Positions 10,177 through 21,148 are shown, numbered from the stretch's first letter. The stretch: DNA of 64,000 nt from Alphaproteobacteria bacterium (GCA_965261735.1 OZ253470.1:4544001-4608000); one strand, 5' to 3'. Made by a program: numbers and translations. The notes: generated from the sequence alone by a model not told the origin.

Positions 10177-10587
10177 TCAGAGCTTTGAATCCGTCGGCTC
10201 GGCCGTGATGAGCACAATCGCCTGGGCGAGCGGATGGTCGTCGGTGATGGTGAGCTCGACGTAGGCGACCATACCCTCGGGCGTGATCTCATCGAGCCGG
10301 CGCAGGGCGCCGCCGGTGAGGCGCATGGTCGGCTTGCCCGACCGGTGATTGACGACGCCCAGGTCGCGCCAGAACACGCCCCGTCGGAAGCCGGTACCGA
10401 GCGCCTTGGCGCAGGCCTCCTTGGCGGCGAAGCGCCGGGCGTAGGAAGCCGCGCGGTTAGCGCGGCCGTCGGATTTCACGCGTTCCGTGGGCGTGAACAC
10501 GCGGTCGAGAAACCGGTCGCCGAAGCGCCCCAGGGTGCCCTCGATGCGCCGGATGTCGATGAGGTCGCTGCCGAGGCCCAGGATCAT
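10177..10587 (-). CDS. acpS: holo-ACP synthase
   Basis: ILGLGSDL and [15 protein letters not shown] motifs. Confidence 0.97.
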   Translation of the reverse strand: MILGLGSDLIDIRRIEGTLGRFGDRFLDRVFTPTERVKSDGRANRAASYARRFAAKEACAKALGTGFRRGVFWRDLGVVNHRSGKPTMRLTGGALRRLDEITPEGMVAYVELTITDDHPLAQAIVLITAEPTDSKL

Positions 10588-10602
10588 GCGAGCCGCGCGC
10601 CC

Positions 10603-11358
10603 CTACGCACTGCGCGCGCCGGTGGCGTTGGCCCGGGCCTGGTCCATCAGCGCGCGCATCCGCTTGATGCTGCTCTCGAGCCCGCTGAAGATCGCCTCGC
10701 CGATCAGGAAATGCCCGATGTTGAGCTCGACGATCGGCGGCAAGGCCGCGATCGCGCCGACGCTCTCGAAGGTGATGCCGTGCCCGGCGTGGCACTCGAG
10801 GCCGATCCGCTCCGCGTGGAAGGCGGCCTCGCTGAGGCGATCGAGCTCGGAATCGCGGGTGCCACCGAGCGCCGCGCAATAGGCCCCCGTGTGGAGTTCG
10901 ACCACCGGGGCACCGATGCGGCGGGCGGCCTCGAGCTGCGCGGCTTCGGGATCGATGAACAGGGACACGCGGCAGCCGGCATCGGTGAGCCGCGCGACAA
11001 CAGGAGCGAGCGCGACCTCGCCCGCCACCGCGTCGAGCCCGCCTTCGGTCGTCACCTCGCGCCGCTCCTCCGGGACCACGCACACCGCGTGCGGGCGGCG
11101 GCGCACAGCGACCGCCACCATGTCGGTGGTTGCCGCCATTTCGAGATTGATCGGCGCATCGAGAGCCTCGATCAGGCGACTCAGATCGTCGTCCGAGATG
11201 TGGCGCCGGTCCTCGCGCAAATGCACGGTGAGGCCGTCGGCACCAGCGGCGGCGGCGAGGCGAGCCGCGCGCACCGGGTCGGGGTGGCGCCCGCCGCGGG
11301 CGTTGCGGATCGTGGCGACGTGGTCGATGTTGACGCCGAGGCGCAGGGTCCGGCTCAT
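10603..11358 (-). CDS. pdxJ: pyridoxine 5'-phosphate synthase
   Basis: LGVNIDHVATIRNAR, HLREDRRHI and ELNIGH motifs. Confidence 0.97.
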   Translation of the reverse strand: MSRTLRLGVNIDHVATIRNARGGRHPDPVRAARLAAAAGADGLTVHLREDRRHISDDDLSRLIEALDAPINLEMAATTDMVAVAVRRRPHAVCVVPEERREVTTEGGLDAVAGEVALAPVVARLTDAGCRVSLFIDPEAAQLEAARRIGAPVVELHTGAYCAALGGTRDSELDRLSEAAFHAERIGLECHAGHGITFESVGAIAALPPIVELNIGHFLIGEAIFSGLESSIKRMRALMDQARANATGARSA

Positions 11359-11428
11359 GGTTCGAGGATATCCAGCAGGTGAGCGCTCCCACAAGCCACA
11401 TTTGGGCGGCGCGCCGCCGTGCCCGCGC

Positions 11429-13579
11429 TCAGCCGCGCACCCGTTTGACCGAGCTGATCTCGGGGCTCGCACGCAGCGCGGTGATGATGTCGGTCAAATG
11501 CTTGGCGTCGCGCACCTGGATGTCGACCACCATCTCGAAGAAGTCGGGCGAGCGGTTGACGATGCGCAGGTTGCTGATATTGCCGAGGTTACGCGCGATC
11601 ACGGCGGACAGCGTGGCCAGGCTGCCGGGCTCGTTGGCGATGACGGTGGTGATGCGGCCGACGCGTACCTCGGCCTCCTCGGAGTCGTGCGTCCACGACA
11701 CGTCGAGCCAGCTCTCGGGCGAATCGGCGAGGTTCACCAACGTATCGCAGTCGATCGTATGAATCGTGACGCCCTTGCCGCGCGTGACGATGCCGACGAT
11801 GCGATCGCCCGGCAGCGGGTGGCAGCAGGTGGCGATGTGAACCGCCATGCCCGGGATGAGCCCGCGAATCGGCACCGCCGGATCGCCACCCTTCACGGGC
11901 TTGGCCCGCGGGCGCATGAAGGCGAGCATGCGACGGGCGCCGCTGCGTGCCTTGCGCTCGCCCGGATAGACCGCCTCGACCACGCGTTGGGCCGCGAGCA
12001 CACCCTCGCCGACGGCCGCGAGCAGGTCGCCATCGCTCTTGTACATGAACACCTTGCGCGCGCCCTCGAGCACCTTGTCGGAATAGTCGTAGTCGTCCTG
12101 GCGGAAGGTCTTCTCGAGAATAGCGCGGCCGAGGTTGACGTATTCGCTGCGGCGCTGGAGGCGGACGAAGCGGCGGATCGCGGCGCGCGCCTTGCCGGTG
12201 ACGACGAAGCTCTCCCAGGTCGGCTGCGGCGTCTGCGCGCTGGAGCGCAGGATCTCGACCTGATCGCCGTTGTCGAGGCGGGTGCGCAAGGGCGCGATGC
12301 GGCCGTTGATCTTGGCGCCCACGCACGAGTCGCCGACGCCGGTATGCACGGCGTAGGCAAAGTCGACCGGCGTCGCGCCGCGCGGCAGGGCGATCAGGTC
12401 TCCCTTGGGGCTGAAGCAGAACACCTGATCCTGGAACATTTCGAGCTTGGTGTGCTCGAAGAACTCGTCGGGGTCGGACGCCTGCTCGAGGATCTCCAGT
12501 AGCTCACGGATCCAGCGATACTGGCTCCCATCCTGAGGATCGGCCTGCTGCTTGTACTGCCAATGCGCGGCGACGCCGAGCTCGGCCTCGCGGTGCATTT
12601 CCCAGGTCCGGATCTGGAGCTCGATGCGCTGCTGCTCGGGACCGATGACGGCGGTATGGAGCGAGCGGTAGTTATTGCGCTTCGGCGTCGAGATGTAGTC
12701 CTTGAAGCGGTCCGGCACCATGGGATAGGCGCTGTGCAGCGCACCGAGCGCCCGGTAACTGTCGGCGACACTGTCGACCACCACGCGGAACGCCATGATG
12801 TCGGCGAGCTGCTCGAAGGCAACGTTCTTGCGCTCCATCTTGCGCCATACCGAATAGAGGCGCTTTTCGCGCCCCGAAACCCAGGCCTCGATCCCCGATT
12901 CGGCGAGCGTGTTTTCGAGCTGGTCGGTGATGCGGGTCACGAGATCGCCGCCCCTCTCCCGGAGAAACTGAAGGCGCGCCTGTACCGAGTCGCGCGCCTC
13001 GGCATTGAGCTCGGCGAACGCCAGGTCTTCGAGCTCCTCCTTCATGTCCTGCATGCCGATGCGCTCGGCGAGCGGCGCGTAGATGTCCATCGTTTCGTGG
13101 GCGATGCGCTGACGCTTGGCCGAGTCACGTATGAACCCGAGCGTGCGCATGTTGTGGAGCCGGTCGGCGAGCTTGACCAGGAGCACGCGGATATCGGCCG
13201 ACATGGCGACGAGGAATTTACGGAAGTTCTCGGCCTGCCGCGTCTTGTCGGACAGCAGCTCGATTTGCGACAGCTTGGTGACGCCGTCGACGAGGCGCGC
13301 GACTTCGGGCCCGAACATGTCCTCGATCTGGCCGAGTGTGGCCAGCGTATCCTCGACCGTGTCGTGCAACAGCGCGGTAATGACGGTCGCGCTGTCGAGC
13401 TTCAAGGCGGCGACGATGCTGGCGACTTCCTGGGGGTGGGAGTAGTAGGGGTCGCCGGACTCACGCTTCTGCGAGCCGTGCGCCGCCATCGAAAAGTCGT
13501 AGGCTTTCTTGACGAGCTCGGCCGCGGCGGGGCTGTCGTAGGCCCGCATGTTTTCGAGTAGGTCGAGCTGGGCGGTCAC
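11429..13579 (-). CDS. spoT: bifunctional (p)ppGpp synthetase/hydrolase (Rsh)
   Basis: HD domain (LHDTVED), synthetase (KDYIS.PK.N.Y.SLHT), TGS and ACT domains. Confidence 0.96.
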   Translation of the reverse strand: MTAQLDLLENMRAYDSPAAAELVKKAYDFSMAAHGSQKRESGDPYYSHPQEVASIVAALKLDSATVITALLHDTVEDTLATLGQIEDMFGPEVARLVDGVTKLSQIELLSDKTRQAENFRKFLVAMSADIRVLLVKLADRLHNMRTLGFIRDSAKRQRIAHETMDIYAPLAERIGMQDMKEELEDLAFAELNAEARDSVQARLQFLRERGGDLVTRITDQLENTLAESGIEAWVSGREKRLYSVWRKMERKNVAFEQLADIMAFRVVVDSVADSYRALGALHSAYPMVPDRFKDYISTPKRNNYRSLHTAVIGPEQQRIELQIRTWEMHREAELGVAAHWQYKQQADPQDGSQYRWIRELLEILEQASDPDEFFEHTKLEMFQDQVFCFSPKGDLIALPRGATPVDFAYAVHTGVGDSCVGAKINGRIAPLRTRLDNGDQVEILRSSAQTPQPTWESFVVTGKARAAIRRFVRLQRRSEYVNLGRAILEKTFRQDDYDYSDKVLEGARKVFMYKSDGDLLAAVGEGVLAAQRVVEAVYPGERKARSGARRMLAFMRPRAKPVKGGDPAVPIRGLIPGMAVHIATCCHPLPGDRIVGIVTRGKGVTIHTIDCDTLVNLADSPESWLDVSWTHDSEEAEVRVGRITTVIANEPGSLATLSAVIARNLGNISNLRIVNRSPDFFEMVVDIQVRDAKHLTDIITALRASPEISSVKRVRG

Positions 13580-13660
13580 GGCTGGTGCGGAGGCCCGCCG
13601 CCGCGGGTCAGCAAATGGTCGTCGCTCCGGAAAAGCGCATCCCCATACGGAGGCAGGCGG

Positions 13661-14065
13661 TCAGGAGGCGTCGTCGGAGGCGCCATCGCTTTCATCGGCA
13701 CCCGGGGGCGACGCGACTTCTTCCCCTTCCGTTTCGGCGACCGCGCTTTCCTCGACGGGTTCGGCCGCTTCCGAAACGCCGACCCACTCCTCGCTCGACA
13801 TCAACAAGGCGATGTCGTCCTCCTCCGGCTCGTCGGCTTCGACGTGCTTTTGCAGGCCGCGCACGAGGGATTGCGCCAGGCCGTCGAGATCGACGGTCTC
13901 CTCCGCAATCTCGCGCAGGGCGACGACGGGGTTCTTATCGTTATCGCGTTCGACGGTGAGTGGCTCGCCGACGGAGATCTTGCGGGCGCGCTGGGCCGCC
14001 AGCACGACGAGCTCGAAACGGTTGGGTATCTTGGTGATGCAGTCTTCGACGGTAATGCGCGCCAT
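13661..14065 (-). CDS. rpoZ: RNA polymerase omega subunit
   Basis: [26 protein letters not shown] followed by an acidic tail. Confidence 0.97.
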   Translation of the reverse strand: MARITVEDCITKIPNRFELVVLAAQRARKISVGEPLTVERDNDKNPVVALREIAEETVDLDGLAQSLVRGLQKHVEADEPEEDDIALLMSSEEWVGVSEAAEPVEESAVAETEGEEVASPPGADESDGASDDAS

Positions 14066-14141
14066 GCCTCGGCTCCCGGGCGATCCGCGGATGTTCCATA
14101 AATATTCGCTCGACGTCGCAAAGGCAAGGTAAACAACGGTA

Positions 14142-14663
14142 TTAGCGGGATTCGTCCTCGTTTATCGGCGTGATTGCCTGCTCGGGTCCGAGTTTATCGA
14201 TGAGCGTGCTCACGCTGTCCCCGGACACCGGGTGTCGCCACTCGGGCGCCACGTCGCGGAGCGGATGGAGCACGAACGCGCGCTCGTGCAGGCGCGGATG
14301 GGGCAGCGCGGGCGCCGCCTCGCCCGGCCGCGGTTCCTGCACGAGGTCGTCATAGGCGAGAAGATCGAGATCGACCGCGCGGGGCTCGTTGCGCGCGCGC
14401 CGCCGGCGGCCCAGGTTGCGCTCCACGGCGTGGAGAATCGCGAGCAGCTCAACGGGGGGCGGCGCCGTGCTCACCGCCGCGACGGCATTCACGAACCAGG
14501 GCTGATCGCCGGCCGGGACCGGTGCGCTGCGGTACCAGCGCGACCGCCTTAGGACAATGACGCCCGCGGCCACCAGATGCTCGAGGGCGGCCGCGAGCGT
14601 GGCCCGCGGCTCTCCGTGGCTCGGACTCGGCAGATTGGCGCCGAGGCCGACGAGAATCACCAT
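14142..14663 (-). CDS. folK: HPPK, 2-amino-4-hydroxy-6-hydroxymethyldihydropteridine diphosphokinase
   Basis: [15 protein letters not shown] and [12 protein letters not shown] motifs. Confidence 0.95.
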   Translation of the reverse strand: MVILVGLGANLPSPSHGEPRATLAAALEHLVAAGVIVLRRSRWYRSAPVPAGDQPWFVNAVAAVSTAPPPVELLAILHAVERNLGRRRRARNEPRAVDLDLLAYDDLVQEPRPGEAAPALPHPRLHERAFVLHPLRDVAPEWRHPVSGDSVSTLIDKLGPEQAITPINEDESR

Positions 14664-14739
14664 CTCAAACCGTTCACGAATGTTTGCACCGATTCCAGGG
14701 CCCTGCCCCTTGCGGTCGCGGCGGGTTGGGTTAGATTAA

Positions 14740-14911
14740 GGGGCTTACATACTTAGCTTGACGGGCAGGTTCGCCGGCTGCCGTGGCCCCCGTCTTAGCT
14801 GCAATGCGGTCGCCGAAGAGTGGTTTTTCCGGTCTTGGGCTGTTGTGTTACGTTCGTACCGACTGACGCGAGCGCGGGATTGCCGCCTGTCAAGTTAAGT
14901 ATGTAAGCCCC
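14740..14911. mobile_element. 172-bp non-autonomous MITE
   Basis: 27-bp terminal IRs GGGGCTTACATACTTA(G/A)CTTGAC(G/A)GGC. 8-bp direct repeat TAGATTAA at 14732-14739 and 14912-14919. No ORF. Confidence 0.88.
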
Positions 14912-15009
14912 TAGATTAAGGCCCCCCAGCGAGGACCGTTGCGCCGATCGTTGCAACACTAATCGGGCCCGAATTCTCTCTCCGGTTACTGACCAATTGA
15001 TTTACAGGT

Positions 15010-15618
15010 ATGTCAATGACCTTTTATCCGCAAGAACGCATCGCCTTGTTTATTGATGGGGCTAATCTATACGCTGCGGCGCGCGCGCTCGGCTTCGATA
15101 TCGACTACAAGCGCCTGCTCGAAGAGTTCTCGGCGAAGGGCCGACTGATCCGCGCCTTTTACTACACCGCGATGATGGACGATCAGGAGTATTCGCCCAT
15201 TCGCCCGCTGGTCGACTGGCTCGACTACAACGGCTACTCCATGGTGACCAAACCGACCAAGGAGTTCACCGACGCGGCGGGCCGACGCAAGATCAAGGGC
15301 AACATGGACATCGAGCTGGCGATCGACGTCATGGAAATGGTCCATCGGCTCGACCATGTGGTCCTGTTTTCGGGCGACGGCGACTTTCGCCGCCTCGTCG
15401 AGGCAGCCCAGCGCAAGGGCGCCCGCGTGACCGTCGTCTCGACCATGCGCTCGCAGCCGCCGATGGTGGCCGACGAGCTGCGGCGCCAAGCCGACAACTT
15501 CATCGAGCTGCAGGACCTTGCGCCTCTCATAAGCCGCGCCCAGGTGGCGCGGGCGCCGGCGGCGGCGCTCGACGAGGAAGCCGACCCCAACGACGATCGT
15601 TGGCGGCACACCGCGTGA
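15010..15618 (+). CDS. NYN domain (LabA/DUF88) protein
   Basis: FIDGANL, KGNMDIELAID and SGDGDF motifs; conserved position next to folK. Confidence 0.93.
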   Translation: MSMTFYPQERIALFIDGANLYAAARALGFDIDYKRLLEEFSAKGRLIRAFYYTAMMDDQEYSPIRPLVDWLDYNGYSMVTKPTKEFTDAAGRRKIKGNMDIELAIDVMEMVHRLDHVVLFSGDGDFRRLVEAAQRKGARVTVVSTMRSQPPMVADELRRQADNFIELQDLAPLISRAQVARAPAAALDEEADPNDDRWRHTA

Positions 15619-16274
15619 CGCCGGCACTGGCCGCGCCCACGCCGGGGCGCGACTGCCCGCTTTGTCCGCGATTGTCCGGGTATCGCGCCGCCAACCGGCG
15701 TGACCAGCCGGAGTGGCACAACGCACCGGTCGAGTCACTGACGCCGGCGGACGGGCCGGTTCGGCTGCTGATCGTGGGACTCGCGCCAGGCCTGCGCGGC
15801 GCCAACCGAACCGGCCGACCTTTCACCGGTGATTACGCCGGCGAACTCCTCTATCCGACCTTGCTCGCCTTCGGATTCGCGCGCGGGCGCTACGAAGCTC
15901 GGGTCGACGACGGCCTGGAGCTCGTCGGCTGCCGCATCACCAACGCGGTCCGCTGCGTTCCGCCGGCGAACCGGCCGACGACGCCCGAGATCGCCGCGTG
16001 CCGGCCCTTTCTCGTCGCAGAGACGGGCGCGCTGCCGGACTTGCAAGCCATCCTCGCGCTGGGGCGCATCGCTCACGAGTCGGTGCTTGTCGCGCTCGGC
16101 GCGCATCGGGCCGCGTACCCCTTCAGCCACGGCGCGATTCATGACCTGCCCGGGCCGGCGTTCCTCGCCGACAGCTACCACTGCTCGCGCTACAACGTGA
16201 ACACCCGCCGCCTCTCAGCCGCCATGTTCGAGGCGGTCATCGCCGACTTGCGGCGCCGCATCGACGCCGCTTGA
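15615..16274 (+). CDS. uracil-DNA glycosylase, family 5-like (4Fe-4S)
   Basis: CPLCPRL, GLAPGLRGANRTGRPFTGD and SYHCSRYN motifs. Confidence 0.92.
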   Translation: MTPALAAPTPGRDCPLCPRLSGYRAANRRDQPEWHNAPVESLTPADGPVRLLIVGLAPGLRGANRTGRPFTGDYAGELLYPTLLAFGFARGRYEARVDDGLELVGCRITNAVRCVPPANRPTTPEIAACRPFLVAETGALPDLQAILALGRIAHESVLVALGAHRAAYPFSHGAIHDLPGPAFLADSYHCSRYNVNTRRLSAAMFEAVIADLRRRIDAA

Positions 16275-16304
16275 AAACGCCCGCCACGGGTTCGCGCTCA
16301 CGGC

Positions 16305-16775
16305 CTAGCCCTTTTCGCGCAGCAACCGGGCTTTGGCGCGCTGCCAGTCGCGCTCGCGCACGGTGTCGCGCTTGTCATGAATCTTCTTGCCGCGCGCGAG
16401 GGCGATTTCGACCTTGGCGATGCCGCGCTCGTTGAAGTAGATCGACAGCGGGACCAGCGTCATGCCGTGACGGTGCACGGCACTCAAGAGGCGCTCGCGC
16501 TCTCGCCGATGTACGAGCAGCTTGCGCGTGCGCCGGGCCTCGTGGCCGAAGCGACTCGACGGGCCATATTCGGGGATGTAGGCGTTGACGAGGAAGAATT
16601 CGCCGTCGCGCCCCGTGGCATAGGCCTCGGTGATGTCGGCCTGGCCCTGACGCAGGCTCTTGACTTCGCTGCCGGCGAGCATGACGCCGGCCTCGGTCAC
16701 TTCTTCGATGAAGTAGTTGCGGCGCGCTTTGCGGTTGACCGCGGCGCGGCGGCCCGGCGTTTCTTTTTGCGCCAT
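16305..16775 (-). CDS. smpB: SsrA-binding protein
   Basis: [16 protein letters not shown] and GKKIHDKR motifs. Confidence 0.97.
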   Translation of the reverse strand: MAQKETPGRRAAVNRKARRNYFIEEVTEAGVMLAGSEVKSLRQGQADITEAYATGRDGEFFLVNAYIPEYGPSSRFGHEARRTRKLLVHRRERERLLSAVHRHGMTLVPLSIYFNERGIAKVEIALARGKKIHDKRDTVRERDWQRAKARLLREKG

Positions 16776-16778
16776 GCC

Positions 16779-17654
16779 TCAGTTGAGGATGCCGGCCTGG
16801 CGCATTCCCGCGGCGACCCTCGCCTTCGAGGCCTCCGCCAGCGGCGCGAGCGGCAGCCGCACCGTATCGGCGCACAGGCCGAGCAGGCTGGCCGCATACT
16901 TCACCGGCGCCGGATTCGATTCGACGAACAACGCCTCGTGCAGCGGCATCAGCCGGTCCTGAAGCGCCACGGCCCTGTCGACGTCGCGCGCCGCCCAGGC
17001 GTCGTAGAACTCGACACAGACGCGCGGCGCCACGTTGGCGGTGACCGAAATGCAGCCGTGGCCGCCGTGAGCCATCAGGGCAAGCGCCGTGCCGTCCTCG
17101 CCCGAGAGCTGGTTGAAGTCGGGGCCGATGGCGACGCGCTGCCGGCTGACGCGTGCGAGGTCCGCCGTCGCGTCCTTCACGCCCACGATGTGGGGGAGTT
17201 CGGCGAGCCGCCTCATCGTCTCGACCGACATGTCGACGACGCTGCGCGGCGGTATGTTGTAGATGATGATGGGCAGCGCCACGGCATCGTTGATGGCGCG
17301 GAAGTGCTCGTACAGTCCCTCCTGGGTCGGCTTGTTGTAGTAGGGGGTGACGACGAGGGCCGCATCGGCGCCGGCCTCCTTGGCGTGGCGCGTCATTTCG
17401 ATCGCCTCTTGGGTCGAGTTGGAGCCGGTGCCGGCGATGATCGGCACCCGGCCGGCGGCCGCGTCGATGCACAGCTCGATCACCCGCTTGTGCTCCGCAT
17501 GGCTCAGCGTCGGCGATTCGCCGGTGGTGCCGCAGGGAACGAGGCCGTGAATCCCTTCGCCGATCTGCCACTCGACCAGCGAGCGAAATGCCGCCTCGTC
17601 GACGCCGCCGTTGGCGAACGGCGTGATGATGGCGCAGATATAGCCGGTGAACAT
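16779..17654 (-). CDS. dapA: 4-hydroxy-tetrahydrodipicolinate synthase
   Basis: [24 protein letters not shown] and SNPAPVK motifs. Confidence 0.97.
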   Translation of the reverse strand: MFTGYICAIITPFANGGVDEAAFRSLVEWQIGEGIHGLVPCGTTGESPTLSHAEHKRVIELCIDAAAGRVPIIAGTGSNSTQEAIEMTRHAKEAGADAALVVTPYYNKPTQEGLYEHFRAINDAVALPIIIYNIPPRSVVDMSVETMRRLAELPHIVGVKDATADLARVSRQRVAIGPDFNQLSGEDGTALALMAHGGHGCISVTANVAPRVCVEFYDAWAARDVDRAVALQDRLMPLHEALFVESNPAPVKYAASLLGLCADTVRLPLAPLAEASKARVAAGMRQAGILN

Positions 17655-17794
17655 GGCTCCCTCCGTCCCGGTGCCGTTTCCCCGGAAACCATACTCCCGC
17701 GCACCCGCGCCCGGCAAGCCGGCTGCCGCCGTGCCCGGCCGAGCGTGCTATCCTCGCCGCCGGCTCGCCGGGAGCATTAGTCGGGGCACCTGTC

Positions 17795-18487
17795 ATGGAC
17801 GAAGCGGAGCGGCTCGCAGGGGTCCGTGCCTGCGTGTTCGATGCCTACGGCACGCTGTTCGATTTCGCGGCGGCGGCGCAGCGCTGCCGCGCGGATCTCG
17901 GCGATCACGCCGATGCGCTCGCCGAGACATGGCGCACCAAACAGCTCCAATACACCTGGCTGCGCAGCCTCATGGACCGGTACGCCGACTTCTGGCAGGT
18001 GACTGGGGAGGCGCTCGACTATGCGCTCGCGAGCCTCGGGCGCGACGACGCGCCGCTGCGCGAGCGCCTCATGCGGCTCTATTTCGAACTCGACTCCTAC
18101 CCCGAGGTCGGCGCCGTGCTCGGTCGACTGGAGGAGGCCGGAATGGCCTGCGCCATCCTCTCGAACGGGACGCCGGCGATGCTCGAGGCCGCGGTTACCC
18201 ACGCCGGCCTTACGGGCGCGCTCCAGGCCGTGTATTCGGCCGACTCCTTGCGCATCTACAAGCCGCACCCCAGCGTTTACCAGCTCGCGGTCGATGGCCT
18301 GAAGTGCCAGGCCGCCGACATCGCCTACCTGTCCGCCAACGCGTGGGACGCCGCCGCGGCCGCCGCATATGGCTATCAGGTCGTGTGGATCAACCGCTTT
18401 GGCCAGGCGCGTGAAAGGCTGCCCGAGGCGCCTAGGGCAGAGATCGCCACGCTGGAGGCGCTTCCCGCCCTCCTTGGGATCGCCTAG
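17795..18487 (+). CDS. haloacid dehalogenase type II
   Basis: FDAYGTLFD, WRTKQLQY, LSNG, YKP and SANAWD motifs. Confidence 0.92.
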   Translation: MDEAERLAGVRACVFDAYGTLFDFAAAAQRCRADLGDHADALAETWRTKQLQYTWLRSLMDRYADFWQVTGEALDYALASLGRDDAPLRERLMRLYFELDSYPEVGAVLGRLEEAGMACAILSNGTPAMLEAAVTHAGLTGALQAVYSADSLRIYKPHPSVYQLAVDGLKCQAADIAYLSANAWDAAAAAAYGYQVVWINRFGQARERLPEAPRAEIATLEALPALLGIA

Positions 18488-19354
18488 ATGGTGGTCAACC
18501 TGGGAGAGTTCCGCGAGCGCCGCTTCGCCGCTTTCGACGACGTTTCGATCTACTTTCGCGACTACGGCGACGCCAACGCCGCCGCCACGCCCGTCGTGTG
18601 CCTCGCCGGACTGGCGCGCAACTCGCACGATTTTCATAGCGTCGCAGCGCGGCTCGGCCGGCACCGTCGGGTGTTGTGCATGGACTATCGCGGCCGCGGG
18701 CGCTCGGCTGACGCCCGCGATCACCACAGCTACCGCCTCGAGACCTATGTGTTCGACACGCTCCACCTCCTGGCCGTAACCGACGTCCATCGCGCCGTCG
18801 TCATCGGCACATCGTTGGGCGGGCTCGTCGCGCTCGACCTGGCCGCAGCCCGGCCGGCAGCGTTGGCGGGCGTGGTCCTCAACGACATCGGGCCCGAGAT
18901 CGACGCCGCTGGGCTCAAACGCATCGCGGACTACGTCGGTGCGTCCACCCGATACGCCGATCGGGAGCAAGCGGTAGCGGCGCTCAGGGACCATTTCGGC
19001 GCGGCCTTTCCGGGCCTCTCCGACGAGCGCTGGCGCGACTTTGCCCGCGGCACCTTCCGCCAGCAGAGCGACGGAACGCTGCGCCCCGACTACGATCCGG
19101 CGATCGTCCGCTCGCTCAAGGCCGCGAGCGCAGCGCCGCCGGACCTGTGGCGGCAGTTCACAGCCCTGCGCCACATCCCCACACTGGCGATGCGGGGCGC
19201 TCATTCGGATATCCTGGGCGCGGCGACGTTCGACAAGATGGCGGCCATGAAGCCCGACCTCGTCCGCGTCACGGTGCCCGAGCGCGGCCACGCGCCGCTG
19301 CTCGACGAGCCCGCCGCCGTCACCGCCCTCGATGCCTTCTTCGCCGACCGATAA
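18488..19354 (+). CDS. alpha/beta hydrolase
   Basis: GLARNSHDF, nucleophile elbow GTSLGG and GHAP. Confidence 0.9.
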   Translation: MVVNLGEFRERRFAAFDDVSIYFRDYGDANAAATPVVCLAGLARNSHDFHSVAARLGRHRRVLCMDYRGRGRSADARDHHSYRLETYVFDTLHLLAVTDVHRAVVIGTSLGGLVALDLAAARPAALAGVVLNDIGPEIDAAGLKRIADYVGASTRYADREQAVAALRDHFGAAFPGLSDERWRDFARGTFRQQSDGTLRPDYDPAIVRSLKAASAAPPDLWRQFTALRHIPTLAMRGAHSDILGAATFDKMAAMKPDLVRVTVPERGHAPLLDEPAAVTALDAFFADR

Positions 19355-20345
19355 CGCGGGGCCGCCGGCGGCGGAGCCCGGCTACGGCTCGATCGTCGGC
19401 GCGGCGCAACGCCTCGACGGCGTCGCGGTCGTGACGCCGCTCCTCGAGTCGCCGGCCCTCAACGAGCTCTGCGGCGGCCGCGTCCTCGTCAAGGCGGAGA
19501 TGTTGCAGCGCACTGGCTCCTTCAAGTTCCGCGGCGCCTACAATCGCCTGTCGCAGCTCGACGCGACCGAGCGCGCACCCGGCGTCGTCGCCTACTCGTC
19601 CGGCAACCACGGCCAGGGGGTGGCGCTAGCCGCGCGGCTGCTCGGTCTCGCCGCAACCATCTTCATGCCAGCCTCGGCGCCCGCCATCAAGCAGGACGCG
19701 ACCCGCCGGCACGGTGCCGATGTCATCCTGGACGACGGCGGCCGGGCCGCGCTCGAGGCGGCGGCCGAGCGCCTCGCCGAGGAACGTGGCGCGACTCTCG
19801 TACGCCCGTTCGACGATCCCGAAATCATCGCCGGCCAGGGCACCGTGGGACGGGAAATCGCGGCCCAAGCCAAGGCCCTGGGCGTGGTCCCCGAAGTGGT
19901 CCTCGTCCCGTGCTCGGGCGGCGGCCTCGCCGCCGGCACGGCCGCCGCGCTCGCCCGCGAGTTGCCCGGCACCGGCGTCGTTGCGGTCGAGCCCGAGGGC
20001 TACGACGACACGCGGCGCTCGCTCGCCGCGGGCGAGCGCCTGAGCAACCCCCCAAGCGCGCGCTCGATGTGCGATGCGCTGCTGGTACCTATCCCCGGTG
20101 CGCTCACCTTTCCGATCAATGCGCGCCTGCTCGCGGGCGCCGTCGCGGTCGCCGAGGGCGACACGGCCGCGGCGATGGTGGCCCTCTTCCTTCACCTCAA
20201 GCTGGTCGCGGAGCCGAGTGGCGCGATCGCGCTGGGGGCCTGCCTCGACCCCGCCGAACACCACGGCGTGCGCGTCGTGGTGGCCTCGGGCGGCAACGTC
20301 GATGCGGCACTGTTCACCGAGGTGCTCGGGCGCGAGGGCCCTTGA
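19332..20345 (+). CDS. PLP-dependent threonine/serine dehydratase
   Basis: GSFKFRGA, SSGNH and SGGNVD motifs. Confidence 0.9.
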   Translation: MPSSPTDNAGPPAAEPGYGSIVGAAQRLDGVAVVTPLLESPALNELCGGRVLVKAEMLQRTGSFKFRGAYNRLSQLDATERAPGVVAYSSGNHGQGVALAARLLGLAATIFMPASAPAIKQDATRRHGADVILDDGGRAALEAAAERLAEERGATLVRPFDDPEIIAGQGTVGREIAAQAKALGVVPEVVLVPCSGGGLAAGTAAALARELPGTGVVAVEPEGYDDTRRSLAAGERLSNPPSARSMCDALLVPIPGALTFPINARLLAGAVAVAEGDTAAAMVALFLHLKLVAEPSGAIALGACLDPAEHHGVRVVVASGGNVDAALFTEVLGREGP

Positions 20346-20413
20346 CGAGCGGCGGTTTCACGGCGGCGTGCGCGAGGCTATAGTGGGGCCCACAAGGAGA
20401 GGGGAAGATCATC

Positions 20414-20875
20414 ATGGCTGGTTTCAAGGTGGTGAAGACCGAGCACACCGGGATCACCGTTTCCAACCTCGAGCGCAGCGTGCGCATGTTCCGGGACGTT
20501 CTCGGCTTCAAGGTTCTCTCCCAGGAGAGCGAACCCGGCCACGCGGACCACGTACGCACGCTATCGAATCTCAAGAACGCGCCGGTGAAGCTCGCCTTCG
20601 TCAAGGCACCCGGCGGGCACGTGCTGGAACTGATCGAGTATCACGGCCCGAAGAGCAAATCGAAGGTCAAGGCGCGTCCATGCGATACCGGCTATTTGCA
20701 TCTCGCGCTCGGCGTCGACAATTTGACGGCCGCGATCAAGGCCGCGGACAAGGCCGGGCTCAAGGTCATGAACGAGGTCGTGCGCGTCAAAGAGGGTGCG
20801 GCCAAGGGCGCCAAGGCCGCGTACCTGCGCGATCGCGACGGCATCATCGTGGAGATGATCCAGCGCCCCAAGTGA
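20414..20875 (+). CDS. VOC/glyoxalase family protein
   Basis: HTGITVSNLERS, ELIEY, HLAL and DRDGIIVE motifs. Confidence 0.88.
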   Translation: MAGFKVVKTEHTGITVSNLERSVRMFRDVLGFKVLSQESEPGHADHVRTLSNLKNAPVKLAFVKAPGGHVLELIEYHGPKSKSKVKARPCDTGYLHLALGVDNLTAAIKAADKAGLKVMNEVVRVKEGAAKGAKAAYLRDRDGIIVEMIQRPK

Positions 20876-20880
20876 GCCGA

Positions 20881-20906
20881 CCGGAAGCGAGGCTCGAGCC
20901 TCGCCG
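20881..20906 (+). terminator. GC-rich hairpin after the VOC gene
   Basis: gcgaggc-tcga-gcctcgc stem-loop; no U tract. Confidence 0.35.
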
Positions 20907-21148
20907 GAACGAGTTCGTAGCGCGATGAGCGGAGCCTCCCTCGCGAACGAGACGGCAGTTCGCCGGACCTGTCGTGGTGGGACGGCCTGCTCGGTACCCA
21001 CGGCGATCCGGCCGGGCGCCGACCACGAAGGCATGACCATCGGCATCGAAGGCTTCGGCGCACCGGCGGCGCTCCATCTCGGGCCGTCGCTCGTTCAGCC
21101 GTCCGCGGGCGCACGCGGAAACTATCCCCTGAACCGGCGCGACCCCTC

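Noticed and set aside
15010-15618. NYN nuclease as a defence or toxin gene
   Set aside because: It occupies the conserved housekeeping position between folK and udg/smpB in alphaproteobacteria.
10234-19291. Long antisense and alternative-frame ORFs (e.g. 10889-12502, 16377-17780, 17777-19291)
   Set aside because: These are shadow ORFs of GC-rich genes that overlap clearly identified proteins and have no motifs.
20873-20906. UGA followed by a hairpin after the VOC gene as a possible SECIS
   Set aside because: The protein is complete at the UGA, the loop (UCGA) lacks an early G, and read-through adds only a short non-conserved tail.
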